DNA of 64,000 nucleotides from positions 63,876 to 127,875 of the forward strand of contig JBBCJB010000045.1 of NCBI GenBank assembly GCA_037190485.1, in the 5' to 3' direction. Under the pieces are notes generated by a model. It had not been told where the DNA came from and ran no database searches. It saw nothing but the letters and a program-made list of their open reading frames with translations. Of this stretch, positions 9,586 to 19,386 are shown piece by piece. The translations under genes were made by a program, and so were the position numbers. Within the stretch, counting starts at the first letter, position 1. Every line of letters begins with the position of its first letter. Source of the DNA: Parapedobacter sp. Its GTDB lineage: Bacteria > Bacteroidota > Bacteroidia > Sphingobacteriales > Sphingobacteriaceae.

Positions 9586-10110
9586 ATGAAGACCTTAAAG
9601 AAAATCCTATTGGTGCTGGCAATCCTCATTGCCATCCCGCTCATCGCCGCGCTGTTCGTGAAACGGGAATTCTCGAGCGAACGCCAGATCACCATCGATA
9701 AGCCGCAGCAGGAGGTATTTGCGTACGTCAAGCAGCTGGAAAACCAAAAGAACTACGACACCTGGCACCGCATGGACACGACCGTCAAAAGCACGACATC
9801 GGGCACTGACGGCACCGTCGGGTTCATCTATGCCTGGGATGGCGAGAAAATAGGCAAAGGCGAGCAGGAAATCACGGGCTTGGAGGAAGGGAAGCGGGTG
9901 GACACCAAACTGCGGTTCAAGGCGCCCATTGAATCGGAGGCGTCGTGTTACCTGCTTACCGAAGCGACCGGAACGGACCAAACACGCGTCACGTGGGGGA
10001 TCTCGGGCGAATCGCCCTATCCATTCAACCTCATGTCGCTTTTCTTCGATATGGGCGACGATTTCGACCAGGGCCTGCAGAACCTTAAAACCATCCTGGA
10101 GGCCCAATGA
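9586..10110 (+). CDS. SRPBCC (polyketide cyclase/START-like) family protein with N-terminal membrane anchor
   Basis: MKTLKKILLVLAILIAIPLIAALF anchor; ITIDKPQQEVFAYV, W...G.G.QEI and F.QGLQNLK.ILE are typical of SRPBCC; ATG at 9586. Confidence 0.8.
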   Translation: MKTLKKILLVLAILIAIPLIAALFVKREFSSERQITIDKPQQEVFAYVKQLENQKNYDTWHRMDTTVKSTTSGTDGTVGFIYAWDGEKIGKGEQEITGLEEGKRVDTKLRFKAPIESEASCYLLTEATGTDQTRVTWGISGESPYPFNLMSLFFDMGDDFDQGLQNLKTILEAQ

Positions 10111-10212
10111 GGCCCAAGGGACGTGCATATGGTAAAAACAAAGCCCTAACGCGGGCTACGCGCCAGGGCCGCCGGTAGTGCGTTAGCGATCTCCGATTGG
10201 GAAACCGGCCGG

Positions 10213-12501
<2,289 letters not shown>

Positions 12502-12564
12502 TCAAAATGCTTTGCATTCGGGAACACCGATTCAAAAAACAAGCGCAATGCAACGCATTTTGCT

Positions 12565-12572
12565 TAGCTTTG
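12565..12572 (+). promoter_or_regulatory. -7 promoter element for the lipoprotein/ATP-grasp operon
   Basis: TAGCTTTG 16 nt before the ATG at 12589. Confidence 0.65.
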
Positions 12573-12588
12573 CATACTGAATCAGCAT

Positions 12589-12882
12589 ATGAAATATTCA
12601 CTGGCGATCCTCTGCTCCATCGGTTTCGTCGCTTGCCAGGATAGGCAACGCGAGCAGGCCTTGGAGCAACTGGATAAGAAATCGGCCCGGGAAGTGACGT
12701 TGAAGACCGTGACCGAAGGCGACTCCGTACTGCACATCACCACGCAGCATATTTGGTACCATGGTGAGCAGATCGCGTCAAAGCACGATACCATCGTGAC
12801 TGCCGTAGCGCCCAACACCTGGGACAGCGCGGATCCATCGGCCACCTTGAGCAACGTGCCCATTTACGTAACCGTACAATAA
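12589..12882 (+). CDS. Small uncharacterised lipoprotein
   Basis: Lipobox MKYSLAILCSIGFVA-C; stop overlaps the next ATG (TAATG). Confidence 0.75.
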   Translation: MKYSLAILCSIGFVACQDRQREQALEQLDKKSAREVTLKTVTEGDSVLHITTQHIWYHGEQIASKHDTIVTAVAPNTWDSADPSATLSNVPIYVTVQ

Positions 12883-13256
12883 TGAGAAAGGCAGCAGCAA
12901 AAAGCATTCAATTGGTATTGATCAGTTCGGTGTTGGCATCCTGTGCGCAACAGCCCGACGGACAGCGAAGCGCCGAAGGCAAACAACGCGTATTCATGCG
13001 CGCGGATTCCACGGCGGCCTATACCGAAGTGACGGACAACTACGCACAGGGACATTCCGGGGGTGGCATGGGCACTTCCCTGCTCTGGTTCATGGCGTTC
13101 AGGCACTTGGCAGGCGGCTTCGGCTACGCAAACAACAGTTTGCATCCGCAATCGGTGGCCGGCACCAATACGGCCAAGGCGGCGGCTTACCAGGCGCAGC
13201 GTGGCGGCTTCGGCCGCAGCGCGGCTTCCGCCCCGCGGTCGTCTTACGGTTCCTGA
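12882..13256 (+). CDS. YgiB/DUF1190-like lipoprotein with Gly/Ser-rich RGGFG tail
   Basis: Lipobox VLAS-C; C-terminal QRGGFGRSAASAPRSSYGS; stop overlaps the next ATG (TGATG). Confidence 0.7.
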   Translation: MRKAAAKSIQLVLISSVLASCAQQPDGQRSAEGKQRVFMRADSTAAYTEVTDNYAQGHSGGGMGTSLLWFMAFRHLAGGFGYANNSLHPQSVAGTNTAKAAAYQAQRGGFGRSAASAPRSSYGS

Positions 13257-14398
13257 TGCAAATCAAGAAATTGCGCATAGACCCCCAATGGCAATCCCGC
13301 CTGGAGGCCATCGGCTATGGCTACCATACGCTCGACGGCATCCCCTATTGGATCGACGATCATTACTACGAGATCCGCAGTCGGGATGCCGACCTGATCT
13401 ACAAGGCCACCAATGAGCTGTGGCAGCGTTGCCTGGATGCGGTGGAATACATCATCAAGCATAGGCGATACCAGCATTTCGGCATACCGCCTTTCATGAT
13501 CCCGCACGTCGAGCGCACGTGGGAACAGGACGAGCCGGCCATCTACGGGCGCTTCGATTTCGCGTACGACACGACCCGCGGCGAGTTGAAGATGCTGGAA
13601 TTCAATGCCGATACGCCGACCTCGCTCTTTGAAACCGGCATAGTCCAGTGGTATTGGAAAAACCATTATTTCCCCGAGCTTACGGAGCAATTCAACAGTA
13701 TCCACGAGCAGTTGATCCGGAGCTGGACGGAATTGAAGCCCTACCTGAAGGGGAACGTCCTGCATTTTTCCTGTGCCAAGGAAACATTGGAGGACCTGAC
13801 GAATGTCGAATACCTCAGGGACACCGCGGTACAGGCAGGCATCCAGACCAAGCTCGTCTACATCGATGATATCGGCTGGACGGGACATGGGTTCGTCGAT
13901 CTTGAAGGCGTTCCCATCCGATCCATCTTCAAGCTATACCCCTGGGAGTGGATGGTGCGCGAGGAGTTTGCCACGCATATCGTAAGCGACCCCAACCGGG
14001 CGCAATGGATCGAACCCTCGTGGAAGATGCTGCTGTCAAACAAGGCGATACTTCCGATACTCTGGGAATTGTTCCCAAATCACCCGCATTTGCTGGCAGC
14101 CTATTTCGAGGAACCCGCCCACCTGAAACATTTCGTCAAAAAGCCCATCCTATCGCGCGAAGGCGCGAATATTGCGATGTATTACGACAAGCAGCTGATT
14201 TACCACACCGAAGGCGAATATGGCGAAGAGGGCCATGTTTACCAAGCGCTGGCCAACCTGCATCGCGAAGAGACCGGCTTTTCGGTGATCGGCAGCTGGA
14301 TCATCGGCCAGGAATCCTGTGGCATATCCTTCCGCGAGTCGGATATGCCGATCACCACCGACAAGAGCCGTTTCATACCGCATATCATCCGGCACTGA
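13256..14398 (+). CDS. Glutathionylspermidine-synthase-like ATP-grasp ligase (YgiC/YjfC type)
   Basis: IYGRFDFAYD, LEFNADTPTSLFE, IFKLYPWEW, IEPSWKMLLSNKAILPILWELFPNHP, VKKPILSREGANI. Confidence 0.93.
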   Translation: MQIKKLRIDPQWQSRLEAIGYGYHTLDGIPYWIDDHYYEIRSRDADLIYKATNELWQRCLDAVEYIIKHRRYQHFGIPPFMIPHVERTWEQDEPAIYGRFDFAYDTTRGELKMLEFNADTPTSLFETGIVQWYWKNHYFPELTEQFNSIHEQLIRSWTELKPYLKGNVLHFSCAKETLEDLTNVEYLRDTAVQAGIQTKLVYIDDIGWTGHGFVDLEGVPIRSIFKLYPWEWMVREEFATHIVSDPNRAQWIEPSWKMLLSNKAILPILWELFPNHPHLLAAYFEEPAHLKHFVKKPILSREGANIAMYYDKQLIYHTEGEYGEEGHVYQALANLHREETGFSVIGSWIIGQESCGISFRESDMPITTDKSRFIPHIIRH

Positions 14399-14409
14399 CA
14401 TTCCTTGAA

Positions 14410-15333
14410 ATGGAAGATCGGACACCAATGGAACACGTCGCACCAGCACATATCCACTACACGACATACGAGCCGGAAGGAACGCCGACCAAGGCCGCCA
14501 TCCTCCTGTTGCATGGCATGCAGGAGCACAGCGGGAGATACGAACGCTTTGCGAATCAGCTGAAAACACAGGGGTATGCCGTACTCAGCTACGACCACAT
14601 CGGACATGGGCGCACGGCCAGGACAAAAGACCAATTGGGGTTCTTCCACAAAAGCCAACCGAACGAGACGTTGGTCAACGATGCTGAACAAATGGCTGCG
14701 TTCGCGGCGGCGCGCTTCGCCGACGTACCGCTGGTCTTGATGGGACATTCCATGGGATCGTTCGTGGCCCGCGTGCTATTGAACAACGCCCCGCACCGAT
14801 TTGCGGGCGCCATCTTCGTGGGAACCGGAGGTCCGAACCCCATGGCCGCCCTGTTCCGCCCCGTACTGTGGATGGCCAACCGTGTTGCCCCTGAAAAACG
14901 AAGCCGTTGGCTCAATGGGCTATTCTCGAGGATCAACAACCGAAGATTCAGGCATGAAAAACCCAACGACGGCACGAATTGGTTGAGCGCGGGGCTGGCG
15001 AACCGAAAAGCGTTCCTCGCAGATGGGCTATGCGGCGTGGATTTCAGCAACAACGCGTTCTATGGGCTCATCGCCGTCAACGTCGAGGCCACCCGAGCCA
15101 ACTGGGCGGCGAACATCCCCCGAAGGATGCCCTTGCTGTTTGTCTGCGGGGCAGCAGACCCCATCGGCGATTTCGGGAAGGGGGTGGAACGGACCGTCAG
15201 GCGATTGCGGCAACGCGGGTTTGAACGGGTCGACCTGAAGTGCTACGCCGGCATGCGACATGAGGTGCTCCATGAAGATGACAGCCAGCTGGTTTTCGAC
15301 GACCTGTGCGAATGGCTGGACAGAACGACATAA
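14410..15333 (+). CDS. Alpha/beta hydrolase (lysophospholipase / Hydrolase_4 type)
   Basis: LLHGMQEHSGRY, YDHIGHG, nucleophile GHSMG, DPIG, YAGMRHEVLHE; start 14410 or 14428. Confidence 0.9.
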   Translation: MEDRTPMEHVAPAHIHYTTYEPEGTPTKAAILLLHGMQEHSGRYERFANQLKTQGYAVLSYDHIGHGRTARTKDQLGFFHKSQPNETLVNDAEQMAAFAAARFADVPLVLMGHSMGSFVARVLLNNAPHRFAGAIFVGTGGPNPMAALFRPVLWMANRVAPEKRSRWLNGLFSRINNRRFRHEKPNDGTNWLSAGLANRKAFLADGLCGVDFSNNAFYGLIAVNVEATRANWAANIPRRMPLLFVCGAADPIGDFGKGVERTVRRLRQRGFERVDLKCYAGMRHEVLHEDDSQLVFDDLCEWLDRTT

Positions 15334-15337
15334 AGCC

Positions 15338-15676
15338 ATGATCGATTACAACAATAAGCGGTTTGCCCCCCTAACAAACAGCGACAACGGCGAGACATCA
15401 TCCGAGACGATATTCGAATACCGGCAAACCGGCAACGTCCTGACCGCACGCTACGCAGGGGGGAAAATCATCTCCGGGCACCTCATAGGCGTGGTGGCGC
15501 CAGACGGCTCGATCGACATGCGCTATCATCAAGTGAATGAAAACGGCCAATTGATGACCGGTAGCTGCCAATCGATGCCCGAAATCTTGCCAAACGGCAA
15601 GCTCAGGCTCCACGAAAACTGGCAATGGACATCAGGCGACCTGTCCGCGGGCCAGTCCATCATCGAGGAGCTATAG
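15338..15676 (+). CDS. Conserved 112-aa all-beta hypothetical protein
   Basis: ATG 4 nt after the hydrolase stop; alternating beta-strand pattern (IFEYRQTGNVLTARYAGG, IDMRYHQVN, LRLHENWQWT); function unknown. Confidence 0.75.
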   Translation: MIDYNNKRFAPLTNSDNGETSSETIFEYRQTGNVLTARYAGGKIISGHLIGVVAPDGSIDMRYHQVNENGQLMTGSCQSMPEILPNGKLRLHENWQWTSGDLSAGQSIIEEL

Positions 15677-15697
15677 CCATGCCACGATCGGGTATCC

Positions 15698-15872
15698 GAG
15701 CTTGTCTAAACTTTAGCGGTGCCCTTTGTTCTTGATGGCGAAATCGATGCATCTTTTGTTCAATCGAAGCTCGTTTTCGAGTTCGTCGCTGGTGGCTACG
15801 CGCTCGAAAATAGCCGAAGAACGGGCGAAAGAGCTGCAATTGCAGGCCAACGGACAACGTTTGAACAAGCCC
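15698..15872. repeat. 175-bp non-coding element with terminal inverted repeats (MITE/REP-like), copy A
   Basis: GAGCTTGTCTAAAC (15698-15711) ... GTTTGAACAAGCCC (15859-15872); 37-bp right end matches 17472-17508 in inverted orientation at 34/37 positions. Confidence 0.65.
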
Positions 15873-15919
15873 TTCATCAATATCATCCGAACAAAGGGCG
15901 CATAAGTCGATTTTTTGTT

Positions 15920-15927
15920 TAAATTTG
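15920..15927 (+). promoter_or_regulatory. -7 promoter element for the cold-shock-domain gene
   Basis: TAAATTTG about 30 nt before the ATG at 15957. Confidence 0.55.
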
Positions 15928-15956
15928 AGCATTGCAAAACTAAATACCATTCATCA

Positions 15957-16769
15957 ATGTTCATCGGCGCTGTTAAATGGTTTGATAATACCAAGGGATT
16001 CGGTCTTCTTTCGTTGCCCGGAGGTGGCTCATTGTTCTTTCACAAAAGCGCCTTCGAAGGAAAGTTCCATGGTTTGACGCCCGGAAATGTCGTGATCGGC
16101 ACGAAAAAACCCAGCACAAACCGCAAGGGAATGGAGGCCCGAAACTGCCGCTTGGCGTCTTCGCCGACGGATTGGCCCCTATTGCTGGACTTGTTGGAGG
16201 GACCGGACGACGTGGAGGTGCAAGACGCCGGCGACCGACCGCGATACAAGAAAGGCAAACCCAGAAAGCAGGGGCTGTTGCGACTGGGCATCGACCAATA
16301 CTGCAGTCGCATCGAAGCTTCGCGCCTGCTGCCAATGGCTACCGAAGGGCTTCCGGCGATCGTGAAAAAACCGGAGGCATTCTTGCGCTATGCGGCCGTT
16401 TTGGAAGGCGCGGTGCTGCGAAACTTCGGCAACGAAACAGCCATGGCGCTTTTGGGCAAGATTTTCGCTGCATTCGGCAACTTGGCAACCCCCGACATCC
16501 TTTTCGCGGTATGGAAAACCGGGAATTTCAAATACATCGGCTATCCGCGGCACGGTGACTACGAGATACCCGAAGAACTCCTTCGGCTCCACCTCCATGA
16601 GCTCGGTTACAAGGAGCTTTGCCGGATCAAGGCCTATAGTTTCGGCGTTGACTTTTGCCGTGAAGTGGCTTTGGCCCGGCTATCGGATCCCGAAGGCCAC
16701 GCCCAAAGCGCCCCGGATGAACGGTCGCCCTACGTGGAGTTCCTCCGTTCGGATGACACCGGACGCTGA
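15957..16769 (+). CDS. Cold-shock-domain protein with about 200-aa uncharacterised C-terminal region, possibly truncated
   Basis: N-terminal CSD: GAVKWFDNTKGFGLL (RNP1) and LFFHKSAF (RNP2); the remainder is helical and unassigned. Confidence 0.75.
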   Translation: MFIGAVKWFDNTKGFGLLSLPGGGSLFFHKSAFEGKFHGLTPGNVVIGTKKPSTNRKGMEARNCRLASSPTDWPLLLDLLEGPDDVEVQDAGDRPRYKKGKPRKQGLLRLGIDQYCSRIEASRLLPMATEGLPAIVKKPEAFLRYAAVLEGAVLRNFGNETAMALLGKIFAAFGNLATPDILFAVWKTGNFKYIGYPRHGDYEIPEELLRLHLHELGYKELCRIKAYSFGVDFCREVALARLSDPEGHAQSAPDERSPYVEFLRSDDTGR

Positions 16770-16891
16770 TGGCCGTTCGCGGTCTTGGCCTGGCGGCGTC
16801 GCTGCTCCACGAAGACATAAAATGACAGTAAGATGTCGTTTTCCTTCGCCCATTTGAACGGTTATCCCTATACTCGCAGAAAAAAACAACT

Positions 16892-17209
16892 ATGGTGACG
16901 ATTCAGGTGAATTCAGACAAACACATCGAAGTAAGCGAAAATTTCATTGGCAGGATCAGGGAGCGCCTTACCGACGTGCTGGCGCATTTCGACGAATACA
17001 TTTCGCGGCTTGAGGTATTCTTTGCCGACGAGAACAGTGGAAAGGGCGGCGATAACGACAAAAGGTGCACAATCGAGGTACGGATAAAAAGCCTGAATCC
17101 GGAAGCGGTAACGGCTACCGCGGCCAACATCGACCTGGCATTCGCGCAAGCCACCGAAAAGGTGACCCAATTGGTCAGGACACGCGTAGATAAGTTAAAA
17201 AGCCATTGA
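16892..17209 (+). CDS. HPF/RaiA-like ribosome-associated protein (short form)
   Basis: IQVNSDKHI, LAHFDEYISRLEVFFADENSGKGGDNDKRCTIEVR, IDLAFAQATEK. Confidence 0.85.
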   Translation: MVTIQVNSDKHIEVSENFIGRIRERLTDVLAHFDEYISRLEVFFADENSGKGGDNDKRCTIEVRIKSLNPEAVTATAANIDLAFAQATEKVTQLVRTRVDKLKSH

Positions 17210-17222
17210 CATGGCTTTTTAA
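17195..17222. terminator. Bidirectional terminator between convergent genes
   Basis: Perfect 12-bp stem TTAAAAAGCCAT/ATGGCTTTTTAA, with the TGA stop in the 4-nt loop. Confidence 0.8.
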
Positions 17223-17249
17223 CCATCGAACTTGTTTGGACTTTATCGC

Positions 17250-17444
17250 CTAACCCAATAGTTCGGCCACGCGCCCGACCTGCCCATCGACCAAGCGTAC
17301 CTTGATTCCCCGTGAATGATACGGCGCGGAAGTGAGGATGTCCTTTACCACCCCCTCCGTGAGCTTGCCGGTACGCTGATCTTTTTTCAGCACGATGGCG
17401 ACCTCCAAGCCGGGATAGATGTCCGTTCGGTGCTTTCCGTCCAT
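17250..17444 (-). CDS. YwbE/DUF2196-family small protein
   Basis: GLEVAIVLKKDQRTGKLTEGVVKDILT...HSRGIKVRLVDGQVGRV. Confidence 0.9.
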   Translation of the reverse strand: MDGKHRTDIYPGLEVAIVLKKDQRTGKLTEGVVKDILTSAPYHSRGIKVRLVDGQVGRVAELLG

Positions 17445-17471
17445 GGCGTATTACCGTTCAGTGCTTATGCC

Positions 17472-17546
17472 GGGCTTGTTTAAACGTTGTCCGTTGGTCT
17501 GCGATTGCGCCGCATTCGCCAACAAAAACAACGTTCAAACAAGCTC
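17472..17546. repeat. 75-bp palindromic element (MITE/REP-like), copy B
   Basis: GGGCTTGTTTAAACGTTGT (17472-17490) / ACAACGTTCAAACAAGCTC (17528-17546), 17/19 complementary; related to 15698-15872. Confidence 0.7.
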
Positions 17547-17558
17547 ATCGGCAATGGC

Positions 17559-18026
17559 TCAGTTCAACCACGAATCGTGCACGACCACCTTGTTCCAGAA
17601 TTTGGAATACTTATCGATCGCCGCCAAATGGATTGGGTGCGTCTCGTAGGTATTGATGTCGTCCATCGTATCGAAATACACCAGCAGATTATAGGTGAAG
17701 GTGTTGTCAACCACATCACGTTCGTGGGTTTGCGCGGCCCGTCCGTAATGCAGCGACTTGATGCCCGGAATCGGCTTCAGATCCTCGAAAAACTGGGCGA
17801 AATCGGTGATTTCTTGTTCGGTCAGGCCATCGTTAAGCCAAAATAACACATAATGCGCGATTACTTGTTTGTTTTCCATGTTTCCTGTGTTTGCTTCCTC
17901 TGATTGGTTTTCATTACTTGATTGATTGCTGGATGTCGGCGGGGCACACGCGGCCAATACGCCACCAGCCATGCCTGCCACGGCGACCGCCGCTCCGGCT
18001 TGTTTGATGAAATGACGTCTTTTCAT
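17559..18026 (-). CDS. Dabb (stress-responsive alpha/beta barrel) protein with twin-arginine lipoprotein signal
   Basis: MKRRHFIK Tat motif, lipobox VLAA-C; Dabb motifs IAHYVLFWL, IPGIKSLHYG, YETHPIH, KVVVHDS; start 18026 or 18035. Confidence 0.85.
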   Translation of the reverse strand: MKRRHFIKQAGAAVAVAGMAGGVLAACAPPTSSNQSSNENQSEEANTGNMENKQVIAHYVLFWLNDGLTEQEITDFAQFFEDLKPIPGIKSLHYGRAAQTHERDVVDNTFTYNLLVYFDTMDDINTYETHPIHLAAIDKYSKFWNKVVVHDSWLN

Positions 18027-18057
18027 ATTATCCATTGTTTGATCCACACTCCAAAAA

Positions 18058-19386
18058 CTATTTATTGACGATACGCAAGATATCGTTGCCAAAGACAAAG
18101 ACCATCAAGGCCAGGAGGATGAAGAAGCCAGCGACCTGTGCCTTCTCGAGGAATTTGTCACTCAGTGGCTTCCCTTGGATCATTTCCACCAACAGGAACA
18201 GCACATGGCCTCCATCCAACGCCGGGATCGGCAAGAAATTCATCAATGCCAATGCCATGGACAACAGCCCGACCAAGCTCCAAAACTTGACCCAATTGAC
18301 CTCAGACCCGAACATCGTGGCAATGGCCACCGGTCCCGAGATGGCCTTGTCCGCGCGCAATTCGCCTTTGGCAATCTTGCCCAGGCCCTTGGCGTTATCG
18401 ATGAGCGTGCCCCAGGCCTTTGCCGCCCCGATCGGCAGCGACTCGAAGAAGCCGAATTGCCTGGTCACATAGGGGAAGTCCGCATCGGGCTTGATGTAAA
18501 AACCCAACGTCCCGTCTTCGGGTACCTTTGCCGCAACCGTCGTGCTGTCGCCATCCCGCAGCAGCAGCAAGGCGATTTCGCTGCCCGTATTGGTCGAGAC
18601 CGCCTCGCGGACTTGATCCCAAAACGGGACTGCCTGGCCATTGATGGCCAACAAACTGTCACCGGGCCTCAAACCGGCCTGTTCGGCGGCACTGCCTGCG
18701 ATAATGGAATCGACGGCCATCGTACGCGAACGCAGCCCGACGAACTCATTCCGATCGTGATCGGCCACGTCATTCAGGATATCGCCCGGCACGGTGATGG
18801 CCAACGTTTCCGTTCCCCGCTCCACCGTCAAGGTGGTGTTGCCCATCAAAACTTTCGAGCTGAGCAACTCATCGAACCGGGCAACGGGTTGCCCATCGAT
18901 CTCGGTGATGCGGTCGCCGGCCTGGAGCCCGATTTTCTTGCCGATGATGCCTGGCGCGACACCGTTTTGCAACCGGGTGTTATCCACATACGTTTCACCG
19001 TATTTGAACGTGAGCATCCAGAAAATGAACATGCCCAGGATGATATTGACGATGATGCCCCCCATCATCACGATAAGGCGCTGCCAGGCGGGCTTCGCGC
19101 GGAACTCCCAGGGTTGCGGTTCGCCTTTGAGCTGTTCGGTATCCATCGATTCATCGATCATGCCGGCGATCTTGACATACCCTCCCAACGGCAGCCAGCC
19201 AATGCCATACTCCACGTCTTTGTAAGTGAATTTGAATAGCTTGACGCCCCAGGCATCAAAAAACAGATAGAACTTCTCTACCTTGATCCCAAATGCACGG
19301 GCAGCGATGAAATGCCCGAACTCATGCAACACCACCAATATCGACAGGCCAAGAAGCACCTGTCCAATCATGATCAACACACCCAT
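18058..19386 (-). CDS. rseP: RIP metalloprotease RseP (M50, two PDZ domains)
   Basis: HEFGH, LPLGGYVKIAG, two PDZ-like segments, NFLPIPALDGG. Confidence 0.96.
   Translation of the reverse strand: MGVLIMIGQVLLGLSILVVLHEFGHFIAARAFGIKVEKFYLFFDAWGVKLFKFTYKDVEYGIGWLPLGGYVKIAGMIDESMDTEQLKGEPQPWEFRAKPAWQRLIVMMGGIIVNIILGMFIFWMLTFKYGETYVDNTRLQNGVAPGIIGKKIGLQAGDRITEIDGQPVARFDELLSSKVLMGNTTLTVERGTETLAITVPGDILNDVADHDRNEFVGLRSRTMAVDSIIAGSAAEQAGLRPGDSLLAINGQAVPFWDQVREAVSTNTGSEIALLLLRDGDSTTVAAKVPEDGTLGFYIKPDADFPYVTRQFGFFESLPIGAAKAWGTLIDNAKGLGKIAKGELRADKAISGPVAIATMFGSEVNWVKFWSLVGLLSMALALMNFLPIPALDGGHVLFLLVEMIQGKPLSDKFLEKAQVAGFFILLALMVFVFGNDILRIVNK

Noticed and set aside
10146-10186. CTAACGC...GCGTTAG imperfect inverted repeat between convergent genes
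   Set aside because: Weak stem, adequately explained as a terminator-like structure
13256-14398. Calling the ATP-grasp gene gsp (glutathionylspermidine synthetase/amidase)
   Set aside because: It lacks the amidase domain and has the YgiC-type context; the activity is not established
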